Positions 16,834-25,769 of a stretch of DNA of 64,000 bases are shown in pieces. The stretch is taken from contig QHTE01000046.1 of NCBI GenBank assembly GCA_003220685.1, positions 51,184-115,183 on the forward strand. Reading direction: 5' to 3'. Position numbers and translations under genes: made by a program. This DNA is from Candidatus Rokuibacteriota bacterium. GTDB taxonomy: Bacteria; Methylomirabilota; Methylomirabilia; Rokubacteriales; CSP1-6. Within the stretch, counting starts at the first letter, position 1; each line of letters opens with the position of its first letter. The notes below the pieces were generated by a model. It searched no databases. It saw only the letters and a list, made by a program, of their open reading frames with translations, and was not told the origin of the DNA.

Positions 16834-19563
16834 ATGCTCCCCGCGATCGGCCTTCGACTCGGAACCCTGCGCCGCCGGCTCTTCCTGCTGCTGGCGTCGG
16901 CGAGCGTCGTCGCGGTCGTGGGCGTCAACCTCATCTGGCTGCCCGGCGCCCTGCGCGACGTCCACGCGGCCCGCGGCGAGCTCGCGCTGGTCGCGGCGCG
17001 CGGCGTGCGGGACCAGATCGAATTCTTCCTCGCCGACAAGGAAGAGGCGGTGACGACGGTCGCGCAGCTGTTCCGCGCCGCCGTCATCGACGGAGACCCC
17101 AAGGGCGTCGCAACCGTGGGCCCGCGCTTTCTCGCGCGAGAGCGGGCCTTCGAGGAGGTCGGCATCTTCGAGCCGCCCCGCACGTGGCGGTACCGCCTGT
17201 CCCGGCGCGAGGTCGTGACGATCGCGAGCACCGACGCGCCGCCGGCGCTCGACGGGAGTCTCCACTTACGCGGCGTCGCCTGGGGCGCGGTCACCACCAC
17301 CGAGACGTCCGAGCCGTGGGTGACCATCGCCACGCCGCTCTCGGGAGCCGCGGAGGGCCGGCTCCTCGTCGTCGGCGTCCTGAACCTCAAGGACCTCTGG
17401 TCGCTGATCGCCGACCTGCAGCTCGGCCAGGGCGGACGCGCGTACGTCGTCGACCGGCGGGGCGGGCTCATCGCGGCCGACGACGCCAACCTCGTGCTCA
17501 AGCGGCTGTCCCTGCTCAACCGGCCGATCGTGCGCAGTCTCCTCGAGCAGGACCGCCCGGGCGGCGTCACCGGCTCCTACACGAACGAGCGCGGCGTCGA
17601 GTCGATGGCGACGGGCCTGCGCGTGGAGCGCGCCGGGTGGGGCGTGGTCGTGGAGCACCCGCGCGCCGTGGTGACCGCGGCGGTCGGGCAGAAGCTCTGG
17701 TTCTTCGCCGCGCTGACGGCGGCCGGGGTGCTGGTGAGCGCCGGGGCGGCTCACGTGCTGAGCGCGCGGCTGACCCGGCCCCTCGAGCGGCTGCGTCAGG
17801 GCGTGCAGCGCTTCGGCCGCGGCGAGCTCGATCACCGCGTGGCGATCGAGACCGCCGACGAGATCGGCGAGCTCGCGCTGCAGTTCAACCAGATGGCGAC
17901 CGAGCTCGGGGCCTCGCACGCGCGTCTGGAGGAGCGCATCCGCGACGCGACGCGCGATCTGGCGCGGCGGCAGCGCGAAGCCGAGGAGCTGGCCCGGGTC
18001 GCGCGGACGCTGACGGAAGACCTCGACGTGCACCAGGTCGCTGATCGCGTCGTCCAGCCGGTTCTGAAGCTCTTCGGTGTTCAGTCGTCCGTGCTCTGGC
18101 TGCGCCAGCCGGAGGGCTCGCTCGTGGCCGTCGGGATCAGCGGCCGGGCGCGCGAGAGCTTCCGCCGAGGCGACGTGCTGCCGGCCGGCGCCTCGATGGC
18201 GGGACGCGCGGTCGACGAGGGCCGGCCGGTCTGGACGAGCGACGTGCTGGCCGAGCCCGGCCTCGTCATGCCGGCGGATCAGCGCGCTCGGCTACAGGCC
18301 TCCGGCGACCGCGCCGTCCTCTGCGTGCCGATGGCCGTCAGCGCGCGAACGATCGGCGTACTCGCGCTCGGCGACGGCTCGACGCGCGAGTTCACCCACG
18401 ACGAGGTCGTGCTGCTCCAGGCCTTCGCCGACCAGGCGGCCATCGCGCTCCAGAACGCGAGCCTCTACGCCGAGTCGCAGACCCAGCGGATCCAGCTGAC
18501 GCAGATCCTCGAGTCGACTTCCGACGGCGTGCTCTTCGTCGGACCCGATGGCCTCATCCAGGCGGCCAACCGCCACGCCGGCGAGCTGCTCGGATACGCG
18601 GCGACCTCGACCGTCGGCAGCGACCTCGGCGAGATCCTGCGGCGCGGGTGCTCGGCGGCCTCGACCGAAAACTTGATATTGGCGTGCGCCGGCGGGCTGG
18701 GCGCGGCGCCCGATGCGGGCGCCAACGGCGACCTCGACGTGCCGAGCCTCAACCGCGTCCTGCACTGGGAGGCGCGCGCCACGCAGGATGCCGCCGGCCG
18801 GACGACGGGCCTGACGATCACCGTGCACGACGTGACGCAGGAGCGCGAGATCGCGCAGATGAAGAGCGACTTCGTCTCGTTCGCGACCCACCAGCTCCGC
18901 ACCCCGCTGTCGGGCATCAAGTGGATGCTGGAGCTGGCGATGCAGGAGACGGCCGTGCCCGACAGCGCCACCAGCTACATGACGGACGCGCTCGGCGCCG
19001 CGCAGCGACTCATCCAGCTCGTCAACGACCTGCTCGACGTGTCCAGGCTCGAGAGCGGCCGGATGAAGGCGACGCCGCAGCTCGTCGACCTGGCGGGCCT
19101 GACGCGGACCGTTCTGGACGATCTGAGGCTCCAGCTCGAGGAGAAGGACCATCGGCTGACGGTGGACGCGTGCGACGATCCGCTCGAAGTGTTCGCCGAC
19201 CCGCAGCTCCTGCGCCAGGTGGTGCTCAACCTCGCCTCGAACGCGATCAAGTATTCGCCGAGCCGGGGCAGTATCAGCGTCCGCCTGACGCGCGAAGAGG
19301 ACGTCGTGCGCTGGCAGATCACGGACACGGGGATCGGGATCCCCAAGGAGAGCCAGCGCCACCTGTTCGAGAAGTTCTACCGGGCCGACAACGTGGCGGC
19401 GCTCGAGACCGACGGAACGGGCCTCGGGCTCTATCTGGTGCGGCTGATCGTCGAGCAGATCGGCGGACGCGTCGGCTGCGCATCCGAAGAAGGGCAGGGC
19501 GCGACGTTCTACTTCACGGTGCCGTGCGCTCAGCCCTCCGGGCCCGCCGCCAGGTCGCGCTAG
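16834..19563 (+). CDS. Multidomain sensor histidine kinase (2 TM - HAMP - GAF - PAS - HisKA - HATPase_c)
   Basis: 909 aa with the H-box (FATHQLRTPLSG), N-box (NLASNAIKYSP) and G-boxes (DTGIGIP, GTGLGLYLV). The GAF and PAS segments are recognisable by eye. Confidence 0.85.
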   Translation: MLPAIGLRLGTLRRRLFLLLASASVVAVVGVNLIWLPGALRDVHAARGELALVAARGVRDQIEFFLADKEEAVTTVAQLFRAAVIDGDPKGVATVGPRFLARERAFEEVGIFEPPRTWRYRLSRREVVTIASTDAPPALDGSLHLRGVAWGAVTTTETSEPWVTIATPLSGAAEGRLLVVGVLNLKDLWSLIADLQLGQGGRAYVVDRRGGLIAADDANLVLKRLSLLNRPIVRSLLEQDRPGGVTGSYTNERGVESMATGLRVERAGWGVVVEHPRAVVTAAVGQKLWFFAALTAAGVLVSAGAAHVLSARLTRPLERLRQGVQRFGRGELDHRVAIETADEIGELALQFNQMATELGASHARLEERIRDATRDLARRQREAEELARVARTLTEDLDVHQVADRVVQPVLKLFGVQSSVLWLRQPEGSLVAVGISGRARESFRRGDVLPAGASMAGRAVDEGRPVWTSDVLAEPGLVMPADQRARLQASGDRAVLCVPMAVSARTIGVLALGDGSTREFTHDEVVLLQAFADQAAIALQNASLYAESQTQRIQLTQILESTSDGVLFVGPDGLIQAANRHAGELLGYAATSTVGSDLGEILRRGCSAASTENLILACAGGLGAAPDAGANGDLDVPSLNRVLHWEARATQDAAGRTTGLTITVHDVTQEREIAQMKSDFVSFATHQLRTPLSGIKWMLELAMQETAVPDSATSYMTDALGAAQRLIQLVNDLLDVSRLESGRMKATPQLVDLAGLTRTVLDDLRLQLEEKDHRLTVDACDDPLEVFADPQLLRQVVLNLASNAIKYSPSRGSISVRLTREEDVVRWQITDTGIGIPKESQRHLFEKFYRADNVAALETDGTGLGLYLVRLIVEQIGGRVGCASEEGQGATFYFTVPCAQPSGPAARSR

Positions 19564-19620
19564 CGCCTCGTTCACCGCGACGCTCCCGTCCTCGGCGCGG
19601 TCGCGATAAGCTCCGGAGTC

Positions 19621-20409
19621 GTGGACGGCCTGGCGCTCAAGCTCGTGCTCACACCAACCTTGATCGGCGCGGTCAGCATGGCCGGGCGGCGGTGGGGACC
19701 GGGTGTCAGCGGCTGGCTCGTCGGATTTCCGCTCACCTCGGGTCCGGTCGCGTTCTTCCTGGCGCTCGACCAGGGTGTGTCGTTCGCCGCCGGCGCGGCC
19801 GTCGGCTCCATGACGGGCGCCGCCGCGCAGGCCGTGTTCTGTGTCCTCTACGGGCGCTGGGCGCGCGGCCGGCACTGGGCCCTGGCGCTCCTCGCCGGCA
19901 GCCTGGGGTTCGCGGCGGCGGCCGTCGCGCTGCAGCACCTGACCCTCGCGCTCGTCCCGCTCCTGACGCTCGTGATCGGTACGGTCGTCCTAGCGCTCGT
20001 CTTCATGCCGAGAGATTCCGAGAGCCCTCGTCCCGCCCGGAGGCCGCGGTGGGACATCCCGGCGCGGCTCGTCGTGACGACCGCGATCGTGCTGCTGCTC
20101 ACGGGCCTCGCCACGACGCTCGGGCCTTCGCTCACGGGTTTGCTGGCGACGTTCCCGCTCTACGGCGCGATCCTCGCCGGCTTCGCGCATCATCTCGAGG
20201 GGCCCGGCCCAGCCATTCGCGTACTTCGTGGGCTGCTGCTCGGCCTGTTCGCGTTCGCCGGCTTCTTCTTCGTCCTGGTGCTCTCGATCGAGCGGGCCGG
20301 CATCGCGCAGGCCTTCGCCGCGGCCACCGCGGCGGCGCTGATCCTCCAGGCCGGCGCCCTCTGGGCCATGCGCCGGGAATCGCCGCAGGCTGGATCCGGT
20401 CGAGCTTGA
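19621..20409 (+). CDS. Polytopic membrane protein of unknown function
   Basis: 262 aa, Ala/Leu-rich, with 6-7 predicted TM helices. Putative GTG start. Confidence 0.45.
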   Translation: MDGLALKLVLTPTLIGAVSMAGRRWGPGVSGWLVGFPLTSGPVAFFLALDQGVSFAAGAAVGSMTGAAAQAVFCVLYGRWARGRHWALALLAGSLGFAAAAVALQHLTLALVPLLTLVIGTVVLALVFMPRDSESPRPARRPRWDIPARLVVTTAIVLLLTGLATTLGPSLTGLLATFPLYGAILAGFAHHLEGPGPAIRVLRGLLLGLFAFAGFFFVLVLSIERAGIAQAFAAATAAALILQAGALWAMRRESPQAGSGRA

Positions 20410-20505
20410 CCTGGACCGACGGCCCCGCTAGCCTCGAAGCGCCCGGCCCGCGGTACACTCTCGCCGAGGGTCAGCGATGCCGGGAACGACGAAGAGGAGG
20501 GGACG

Positions 20506-20973
20506 ATGATTCGACTCAGCGGGATCGGCCATGTGCTGTTGCGCGTGAGTGATATCGAGCGGTCGCGAGCCTTCTACTCGACGGTCCTCGGGCTCAAGGT
20601 CGTGGAGGAAGACCCCGAGCACGGAGGCGTCTTCATGGCGCTCGAGGGGCACGGCCACACCGTGGACCTCTTCCCGGTTCAGAATCCCGAGTCCGCTCAG
20701 CGCGTGGTGCAGGGCGGCGTGGGCGTCCATCACGTCGCCTTCCACGTGGGGAGCGAGGCCGCGCTGGCGGACGCTTACTTCACCCTGCAGGAGCACGGGA
20801 TTCCGATCGTCCGCGCCGTCGACCACGTGAGCCAGAAGAGCATCTACTTCCACGACCCCGACGGCAACTACCTCGAGATCTACTACGAGCTGCCGAACGC
20901 GCCGGACCTCTTCCGCGAGGGGCGCCACGATCGGGACCAGCCCCTGGTCTTCGACAAGCGCGCTTCCGCGTAG
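20506..20973 (+). CDS. VOC family protein (glyoxalase/bleomycin resistance/extradiol dioxygenase fold)
   Basis: 155 aa with RBS AGGAGGGGA. It has the IGHVLLRVSDIERSRAFYSTVLG N-terminal VOC motif and HHVAFHV metal-binding region. Confidence 0.75.
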   Translation: MIRLSGIGHVLLRVSDIERSRAFYSTVLGLKVVEEDPEHGGVFMALEGHGHTVDLFPVQNPESAQRVVQGGVGVHHVAFHVGSEAALADAYFTLQEHGIPIVRAVDHVSQKSIYFHDPDGNYLEIYYELPNAPDLFREGRHDRDQPLVFDKRASA

Positions 20974-21070
20974 AGCCGGACACGGGAGCTTCCTGGTTCT
21001 CCCGGGGCGATGGGAGCGAGCCGCGCGACCGCTCGCGCGTGGCTCCTGCCGCTGGTAGGATGGCTTCCCT

Positions 21071-21670
21071 GTGGTCAAACCACATCGCCGGCTTCTGACG
21101 GGCCTCCTGGCCGCCGTCGTCCTCGCGACCGGCCCCGTCTCGAGTGCCGCTCAGGCGCCTGAGGCCGAGCGCCCGCTCGACGGCTCGCAGCCCTTCTCCC
21201 TCGGCGTCGATACCTCTCGATTCCGTGTCTCGACGCTCGGCCCCAGGCCGGTGATCGGGACGGAAGATCCGACGCTGAGCAGCGCTCCGTACCGGCTCGT
21301 CGATGCGGAGCTATTCGGCACCGCCGTCTCGTTCGATCTCAAGCTGCGGTGGCCCGCTGCCGTCCCCGGCTCGTCCGCGCTCGGCCCGCTCGCCCCGTAT
21401 CTGTCGTTCGGGCCGACCGTCCTCTTGCCCGGCGCCGAAGGGGTGGCGCGCTCGGCGCAGCCCGCTTCCAGGACCGATGGCCCGATGGCGATCGGCCTGA
21501 GCTGGGGCGCCGGACTGTCGTGGCGGTTCACGCGGAACGCGGAGCTCTTCGGCGGCTACCGATTCATGCAATTCGGCCGGGACAGCCTCTCGCACGGCGA
21601 TCGATCGACCTCGTCGGACACCGAGCTCACCGGACACGACGTCCTCTACGGCATCTCGGTCCGGTTCTGA
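21071..21670 (+). CDS. Outer-membrane beta-barrel protein (OmpW/OmpA-like small porin)
   Basis: Signal peptide (LLAAVVLATGPVSSAAQA), alternating amphipathic strands and a C-terminal aromatic (…YGISVRF). Confidence 0.55.
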   Translation: MVKPHRRLLTGLLAAVVLATGPVSSAAQAPEAERPLDGSQPFSLGVDTSRFRVSTLGPRPVIGTEDPTLSSAPYRLVDAELFGTAVSFDLKLRWPAAVPGSSALGPLAPYLSFGPTVLLPGAEGVARSAQPASRTDGPMAIGLSWGAGLSWRFTRNAELFGGYRFMQFGRDSLSHGDRSTSSDTELTGHDVLYGISVRF

Positions 21671-21712
21671 CCGAGATCGCGCCCGGTGCTCCCTCCTCCG
21701 GCTCGCCGGCGC

Positions 21713-22174
21713 CTAGCCGGCGGCCGGGCCGACGGCTCGCTCGATCTCGTCGAGGTGCTCGCGCCGGTGCTCGGCGCGGAGCAGATTGATCGGGCTTCCC
21801 GCCCCGGCGTTCGCCGCGACGAGCTCGTCCGACAGCTTCTCGACCCGACGGTCCACCGCGTCCGCGACGGCGACCGCCAGCCGGGCCGCCGCCCGCGGCG
21901 GCAGCGCCAGACAGAGCGCCTTGGCCGAGTCGTTGATCCAGTCCACGTCCTTGGCGTCGATCGAGCGCGGAGTCGCGCGCGGGCCCTCTGTCTCCCAGCG
22001 CTCGATCAGGATCAGGGCGCGCTGATCCCAGAAGGCCAGGTGGGCGAGGACGGCGCCGACCGTCCAGCCGGCGTCGAGCGGGCGGACCAGCTCGCCGTCG
22101 CTCAGGCGGTCGACGAGGGCGCGTAGTCGCGCGCGCTCGTGATTGTTCTCGGTGACGTAAGACGGGGCCATCAA
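21713..22174 (-). CDS. DinB/YfiT-like metal-dependent hydrolase-fold protein (DinB_2/MDMPI_N-like)
   Basis: 153 aa with motif WTVGAVLAHLAFWDQ. It convincingly out-scores the overlapping plus-strand ORF, which is low-complexity. Confidence 0.5.
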   Translation of the reverse strand: MMAPSYVTENNHERARLRALVDRLSDGELVRPLDAGWTVGAVLAHLAFWDQRALILIERWETEGPRATPRSIDAKDVDWINDSAKALCLALPPRAAARLAVAVADAVDRRVEKLSDELVAANAGAGSPINLLRAEHRREHLDEIERAVGPAAG

Positions 22175-22297
22175 GCACCTCCCGACGCCGTCGCTGCGCG
22201 TCTGGTGAGATTATAGGCGAGCAGAGCTGCTGGCCTCGGCTTGACAACGCACGGAGCATCGGCGAATAGTTCCCGGACACGAACGGGAGGCGCTCGC

Positions 22298-23281
22298 ATG
22301 GAATTGCGAAATCTCGGCAAGACGGGTCTCAGGGTCTCGACGCTCGGATTCGGCTGCGGCAACGTGGGCGGACTCATCATCCGCGGCGCGCCGGGCGAGC
22401 GCGAGCGTGCGGTCGCGCGGGCGATGGAGCTCGGCATCAACTACTTCGACACCGCGCCATCGTACGGCGACGGCAAGTCCGAGGAGAACCTCGGCCGGGT
22501 GCTGAAGGCGCTGAAGGCGCGTGTGCAGGTCGGCACGAAGTTCCGTCTCGATCCTCCCGACCTGCGCGACATTCCCGGAGCGGTCGCCCGCTCGCTCGAC
22601 GCGAGCCTCAAGCGCCTCGGCCTGGAGCGCGTCGACCTGTTCCAGCTCCACAACCGGATCGAGTCGGCGCGCGGGTCCGGTGCCCTGAGCCTCGGCGACG
22701 TCCTGAGCGAAGTCGTCCCGGCCGTGCAGAAGCTCCGCCAGCAGGGGAAGGTCGGGTTCTGCGGCATCACCGCGCTCGGCGAGACCGCCGTACTGCATCA
22801 GGCGATCGACGCCGGGACCATCGATACCGCGCAGGTCTGCTACAACCTGCTCAACCCGAGCGCCGGCGCCGCGGTGCCGGCGGGCTTTCCCGCCCAGGAC
22901 TTCGGCCGGCTCCTCGAGCGCACCCGCGAGCGGCGCGTCGGCGTCATCGTCATCCGCGTGCTGGCCGCCGGCGCGCTGAGCGGCGTCGAGACGCGGCATC
23001 CCGTCGCGGTGCCCACGGTCGATCCGATCTCGACGGCGCCCGATTATCGGACCGACGTGGCCAGGGCGCAGGGGCTCGGCGCGCTCGTGCGAGAGGGGTA
23101 CGTCGAGAATCTGATCGAGGCGTCGATCCGCCTCGCGGTAGGGTCGGAGGCGGTCTCGACCGTCCTCGTCGGCTACTCGAGTCTCGAGCATCTCGAGGCC
23201 GCCGCGGCCGCGGTCGAGCGCGGGCCGCTGCCCACCGCGGCGCTCCAGCGCCTCGCCGCGCTCTGGTCCGGCCTGGCCTAG
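22298..23281 (+). CDS. Aldo/keto reductase
   Basis: ATG 22298 with GGGAGG RBS. N-terminus MELRNLGKTGLRVSTLGFGCGNVGG and the INYFDTAPSYGDG motif are AKR signatures. Confidence 0.85.
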   Translation: MELRNLGKTGLRVSTLGFGCGNVGGLIIRGAPGERERAVARAMELGINYFDTAPSYGDGKSEENLGRVLKALKARVQVGTKFRLDPPDLRDIPGAVARSLDASLKRLGLERVDLFQLHNRIESARGSGALSLGDVLSEVVPAVQKLRQQGKVGFCGITALGETAVLHQAIDAGTIDTAQVCYNLLNPSAGAAVPAGFPAQDFGRLLERTRERRVGVIVIRVLAAGALSGVETRHPVAVPTVDPISTAPDYRTDVARAQGLGALVREGYVENLIEASIRLAVGSEAVSTVLVGYSSLEHLEAAAAAVERGPLPTAALQRLAALWSGLA

Positions 23282-23697
23282 GCGCGGTTGACCCGGACGA
23301 TCGCCCAGCCGAACGCGCGCGCGCGCGCGTCGACGTCGGGCCGCCCGCGCCGGCCGCGCGCGCGCCGCTCGACCATCCACGGCGAATCGTGCTGACGCCG
23401 CTCGCCGCGGCGGCGGTCGAAGATCACCTCGGCCCAGTCGACGTCTGAAAACGCGCGCTGCAGGTAGCCGTGGTAGCTCGTCGCTTGGCGCGAGACGATG
23501 AAGAGCAGGCGGTGCCGCCATTGCTTCAGCACGTGGGTGACGTTGAGCACCCTGATGAGCACGCCCAGGCTCGTGTGGATGACGCCCGCGTCGCCGCCGT
23601 TGGCGCGCATCACCGTGTCGATCTGCTCGACGCGCATCCGGCTCGAGCGGCCGTCCTGGGTCGTGAACTCGATCCATCGTCCGCCGGGATCGTCCAT
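23278..23697 (-). CDS. Hypothetical protein (140 aa)
   Basis: ATG 23697 preceded by GGGGGAGA. No recognisable family. The upstream part of the track ORF lacks an RBS. Confidence 0.4.
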   Translation of the reverse strand: MDDPGGRWIEFTTQDGRSSRMRVEQIDTVMRANGGDAGVIHTSLGVLIRVLNVTHVLKQWRHRLLFIVSRQATSYHGYLQRAFSDVDWAEVIFDRRRGERRQHDSPWMVERRARGRRGRPDVDARARAFGWAIVRVNRA

Positions 23698-23847
23698 CGC
23701 TCTCCCCCTGAAAGAAATGGGTCGGGTCAAAAATGTTTCGGGGAGACACGCTAGCAACCCGGTTCTTCTGCCCACGCAAGAAATCGTAGCCGCGAGAGGC
23801 TGGCGCCGCGCGCGCCGGCGGCTACCAGATCTGGTGGCTCGCCGAGG

Positions 23848-24153
23848 TCAGAGTCGGCTGTTCAGGAGCGCGCCCCACGTCGCCACCAGGAACGGCACCA
23901 GATAGGTGAGAGGCACCTTCCAGGCCAGCGCGGTCGGCCACCGCGAGGACAGCAGCACGTCGCCCTGGTTGATGGCCAGGAGGACGGTGCCCACGATGAC
24001 GGCGATCCCGAGCGAGCGCTTCAGCAAGGGCGGATGTCGCAGCGCGCACCGGCCGCACTTGAGCACGGCGTTGGAGCCGACCCCGAAGAAGAAGAGCCGC
24101 CGGACGCGCTCGCGCCCGCACGAGTCGCAGCGGCCGGTTGGCGCCGGATCCAC
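23848..24153 (-). CDS. Small membrane protein with N-terminal double CxxC (zinc-ribbon-like) motif
   Basis: 101 aa with CDSCG...CGRC followed by two hydrophobic helices. Family unknown. Confidence 0.35.
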   Translation of the reverse strand: MDPAPTGRCDSCGRERVRRLFFFGVGSNAVLKCGRCALRHPPLLKRSLGIAVIVGTVLLAINQGDVLLSSRWPTALAWKVPLTYLVPFLVATWGALLNSRL

Positions 24154-24277
24154 GGCCCCGATTCTAACGGTATCGGGCCTTTCCGGCCCTGGCGTCGACC
24201 GTGGTATACCGGAAGAGCCACCATATGAAGCGCCCGGTGACCAACCGCGTCAGCGTCCCACGTCCCGGAGGTCTCTC

Positions 24278-24751
24278 GTGACCGGTCTGCGCTTCGGGCA
24301 GGCGGCACCGGGCTTCTCGCTGCCGTCGAGCGCGGGCGGCGAGACGTCCCTGGCCGACTTCAAGGGCAAGGACGTCGTGCTCGTCTTCTATTGCTACGAC
24401 TGGGGGGGCATCTGAACGCCCGAGCTGAGCGACCTGGGCCGGGTCGCCGACGAGATCGCCAGACGGGGCGCCGCCGTGGTCGCCATCAGCGGTGACAGCC
24501 CGTTCTGCCACGCCGCGTTCATGAAGGCGCGCAACTTCCCGTTCGCGCTCCTGAGCGACGTGCACCGCGCGGCGATCCGCGCCTACGGCGTGCTCGACGT
24601 CGATCGCAACGTCGCCTACCGCTCGACCTTCATCGTGGACCGGGACGGCGTGCTCCGCTGGGGGCAGGCCGGCGATCGCGAGATGGTTCGCGACGGGAGC
24701 GAGATCCTCCGCGTGCTCGACGTGATCGAAGGGCTCCGGCGGAAGCGCTGA
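24278..24751 (+). CDS. Selenocysteine-containing peroxiredoxin-like protein (AhpC/TSA thioredoxin fold); UGA at 24413-24415 read as Sec
   Basis: GTG 24278 with GGAGG 6 nt upstream. VLVFYCYDWGGI-U-TPEL aligns residue-for-residue with the Prx active-site VLFFYPLDFTFVCPTEI, placing the in-frame TGA at the peroxidatic Cys. The downstream in-frame half (AVVAISGDSPFCHAAF...LLSDV...RSTFIVDRDGVL) is the Prx C-terminal half. The N-terminal 124 codons of the track ORF 23906..24415 are rejected. Confidence 0.7.
24429..24447 (+). promoter_or_regulatory. Candidate SECIS-like hairpin
   Basis: GCGACC-tgggccg-GGTCGC, starting 13 nt after the UGA. It is shorter than the other two hairpins. Confidence 0.35.
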
Positions 24752-24759
24752 GTTGGCGC

Positions 24760-25698
24760 ATGAGCCGGGAGCCCCAGGACGTCTTCCGCAAGCTCACGCA
24801 GAACGTCGAGACGGTGATGCGCGGCCAGTCCGGCGCGATCCGGCGCCTGCTCGCCGCGTTCGCGAGCGGCGGCCACGTGCTGCTCGAGGACTATCCCGGC
24901 ACCGGCAAGACCACCCTGGCGAAGGCGCTCGCGCGCTCGATCGGCGGCCGCTTCAAGCGCATCCAGTTCACGCCTGATCTCCTGCCCTCGGACATCCTCG
25001 GGGTGTCCGTGTTCGACCAGCGCGCCCAGGCCTTCCACTTCCACGAGGGCCCCGTCTTCACCAACGTGCTGCTGGCCGACGAGATCAACCGCGCCTCGCC
25101 CCGCACGCAGTCCGCGCTCCTGGAAGCAATGGCCGAAGGCCAGGTCTCGGTCGAGGGCAGCTCCTATCGCCTGGCGGAGCTGTTCTTCGTCATCGCCACG
25201 CAGAATCCCGTCGAGTTTCGCGGCACCTATCCCTTGCCCGAGGCGCAGATGGACCGGTTCGCGGTGCAGCTGAGCCTCGGCTACGTGGCGCCCGAGGACG
25301 AGGTGGCGATCCTCTCGGCGCAGGCCCAGCGCCATCCGATCGACACCCTGGCGCCGTGCGTCTCGATCGACGACGTGCTGATGGTGCGCCGGCGCGCCGC
25401 AAGTGTCCGCATGAGCGACGAGCTGAAGCGCTACGCGGTCGACGTCGTGCGTGCCACGCGCGCCGCGAACGGCATCCAGCTCGGGGCCAGCCCGCGCGCC
25501 TCGCTGGCGCTCATGAAGGCCGCGCAGGCGCTGGCCCTCTCCGAAGGCCGCGAGTTCGTGGTCCCAGAGGACGTGCGTGAGATGGCGGTGCCCGTCATCG
25601 CTCACCGCATGGTCGTCGAGCCGCAGGCGCGCTTCGCCGGGGTGACGACGGCCGGGCTCGTCGAGGAGATTCTCGCGAAAGTCCCGATGCCGTCGTAG
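24760..25698 (+). CDS. moxR: MoxR-family AAA+ ATPase
   Basis: 312 aa with Walker A GYPGTGKT, Walker B LLADEINRA and a MoxR-type C-terminal domain. Confidence 0.85.
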   Translation: MSREPQDVFRKLTQNVETVMRGQSGAIRRLLAAFASGGHVLLEDYPGTGKTTLAKALARSIGGRFKRIQFTPDLLPSDILGVSVFDQRAQAFHFHEGPVFTNVLLADEINRASPRTQSALLEAMAEGQVSVEGSSYRLAELFFVIATQNPVEFRGTYPLPEAQMDRFAVQLSLGYVAPEDEVAILSAQAQRHPIDTLAPCVSIDDVLMVRRRAASVRMSDELKRYAVDVVRATRAANGIQLGASPRASLALMKAAQALALSEGREFVVPEDVREMAVPVIAHRMVVEPQARFAGVTTAGLVEEILAKVPMPS

Positions 25699-25704
25699 GC
25701 GCCG

Positions 25705-25755
25705 TGTGCGCTGCAGGTCGTCGCGGGGCTGGAGCCCCGCCGGCCGAGGCGCACC
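25705..25755. repeat. REP-like palindromic intergenic element (plus orientation)
   Basis: GTGTGCGCTGCAGGTCGTCGCGGGGCTGGAGCCCCGCCGGCCGAGGCGCAC between moxR and the DUF58 gene. Confidence 0.6.
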
Positions 25756-25769
25756 TATGGACAGAAAAT

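Noticed and set aside
15867-19938. ORFs 15867..18044 (+, 725 aa), 16270..17570 (-) and 18292..19938 (-, 548 aa)
   Set aside because: They are alternative frames or antisense of the binding-protein and histidine-kinase genes; the compositions are junk-like.
20428-21078. 216-aa minus ORF antisense to the VOC/glyoxalase gene
   Set aside because: There is no RBS or family resemblance. The plus-strand VOC gene has a strong RBS and clear motifs.
22211-23779. 522-aa minus-strand ORF spanning the aldo-keto reductase region
   Set aside because: It is antisense to a confidently assigned AKR with low-complexity translation. Only its 3'-terminal portion (23278..23697) coincides with a plausible small gene, and that is in a different frame.
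23906-24415. 169-aa ORF 23906..24415 as annotated by the track
   Set aside because: The N-terminal 124 codons are Arg/Pro-rich and overlap a minus-strand small membrane protein. The real start is GTG 24278 (GGAGG RBS), and the ORF continues through the UGA.
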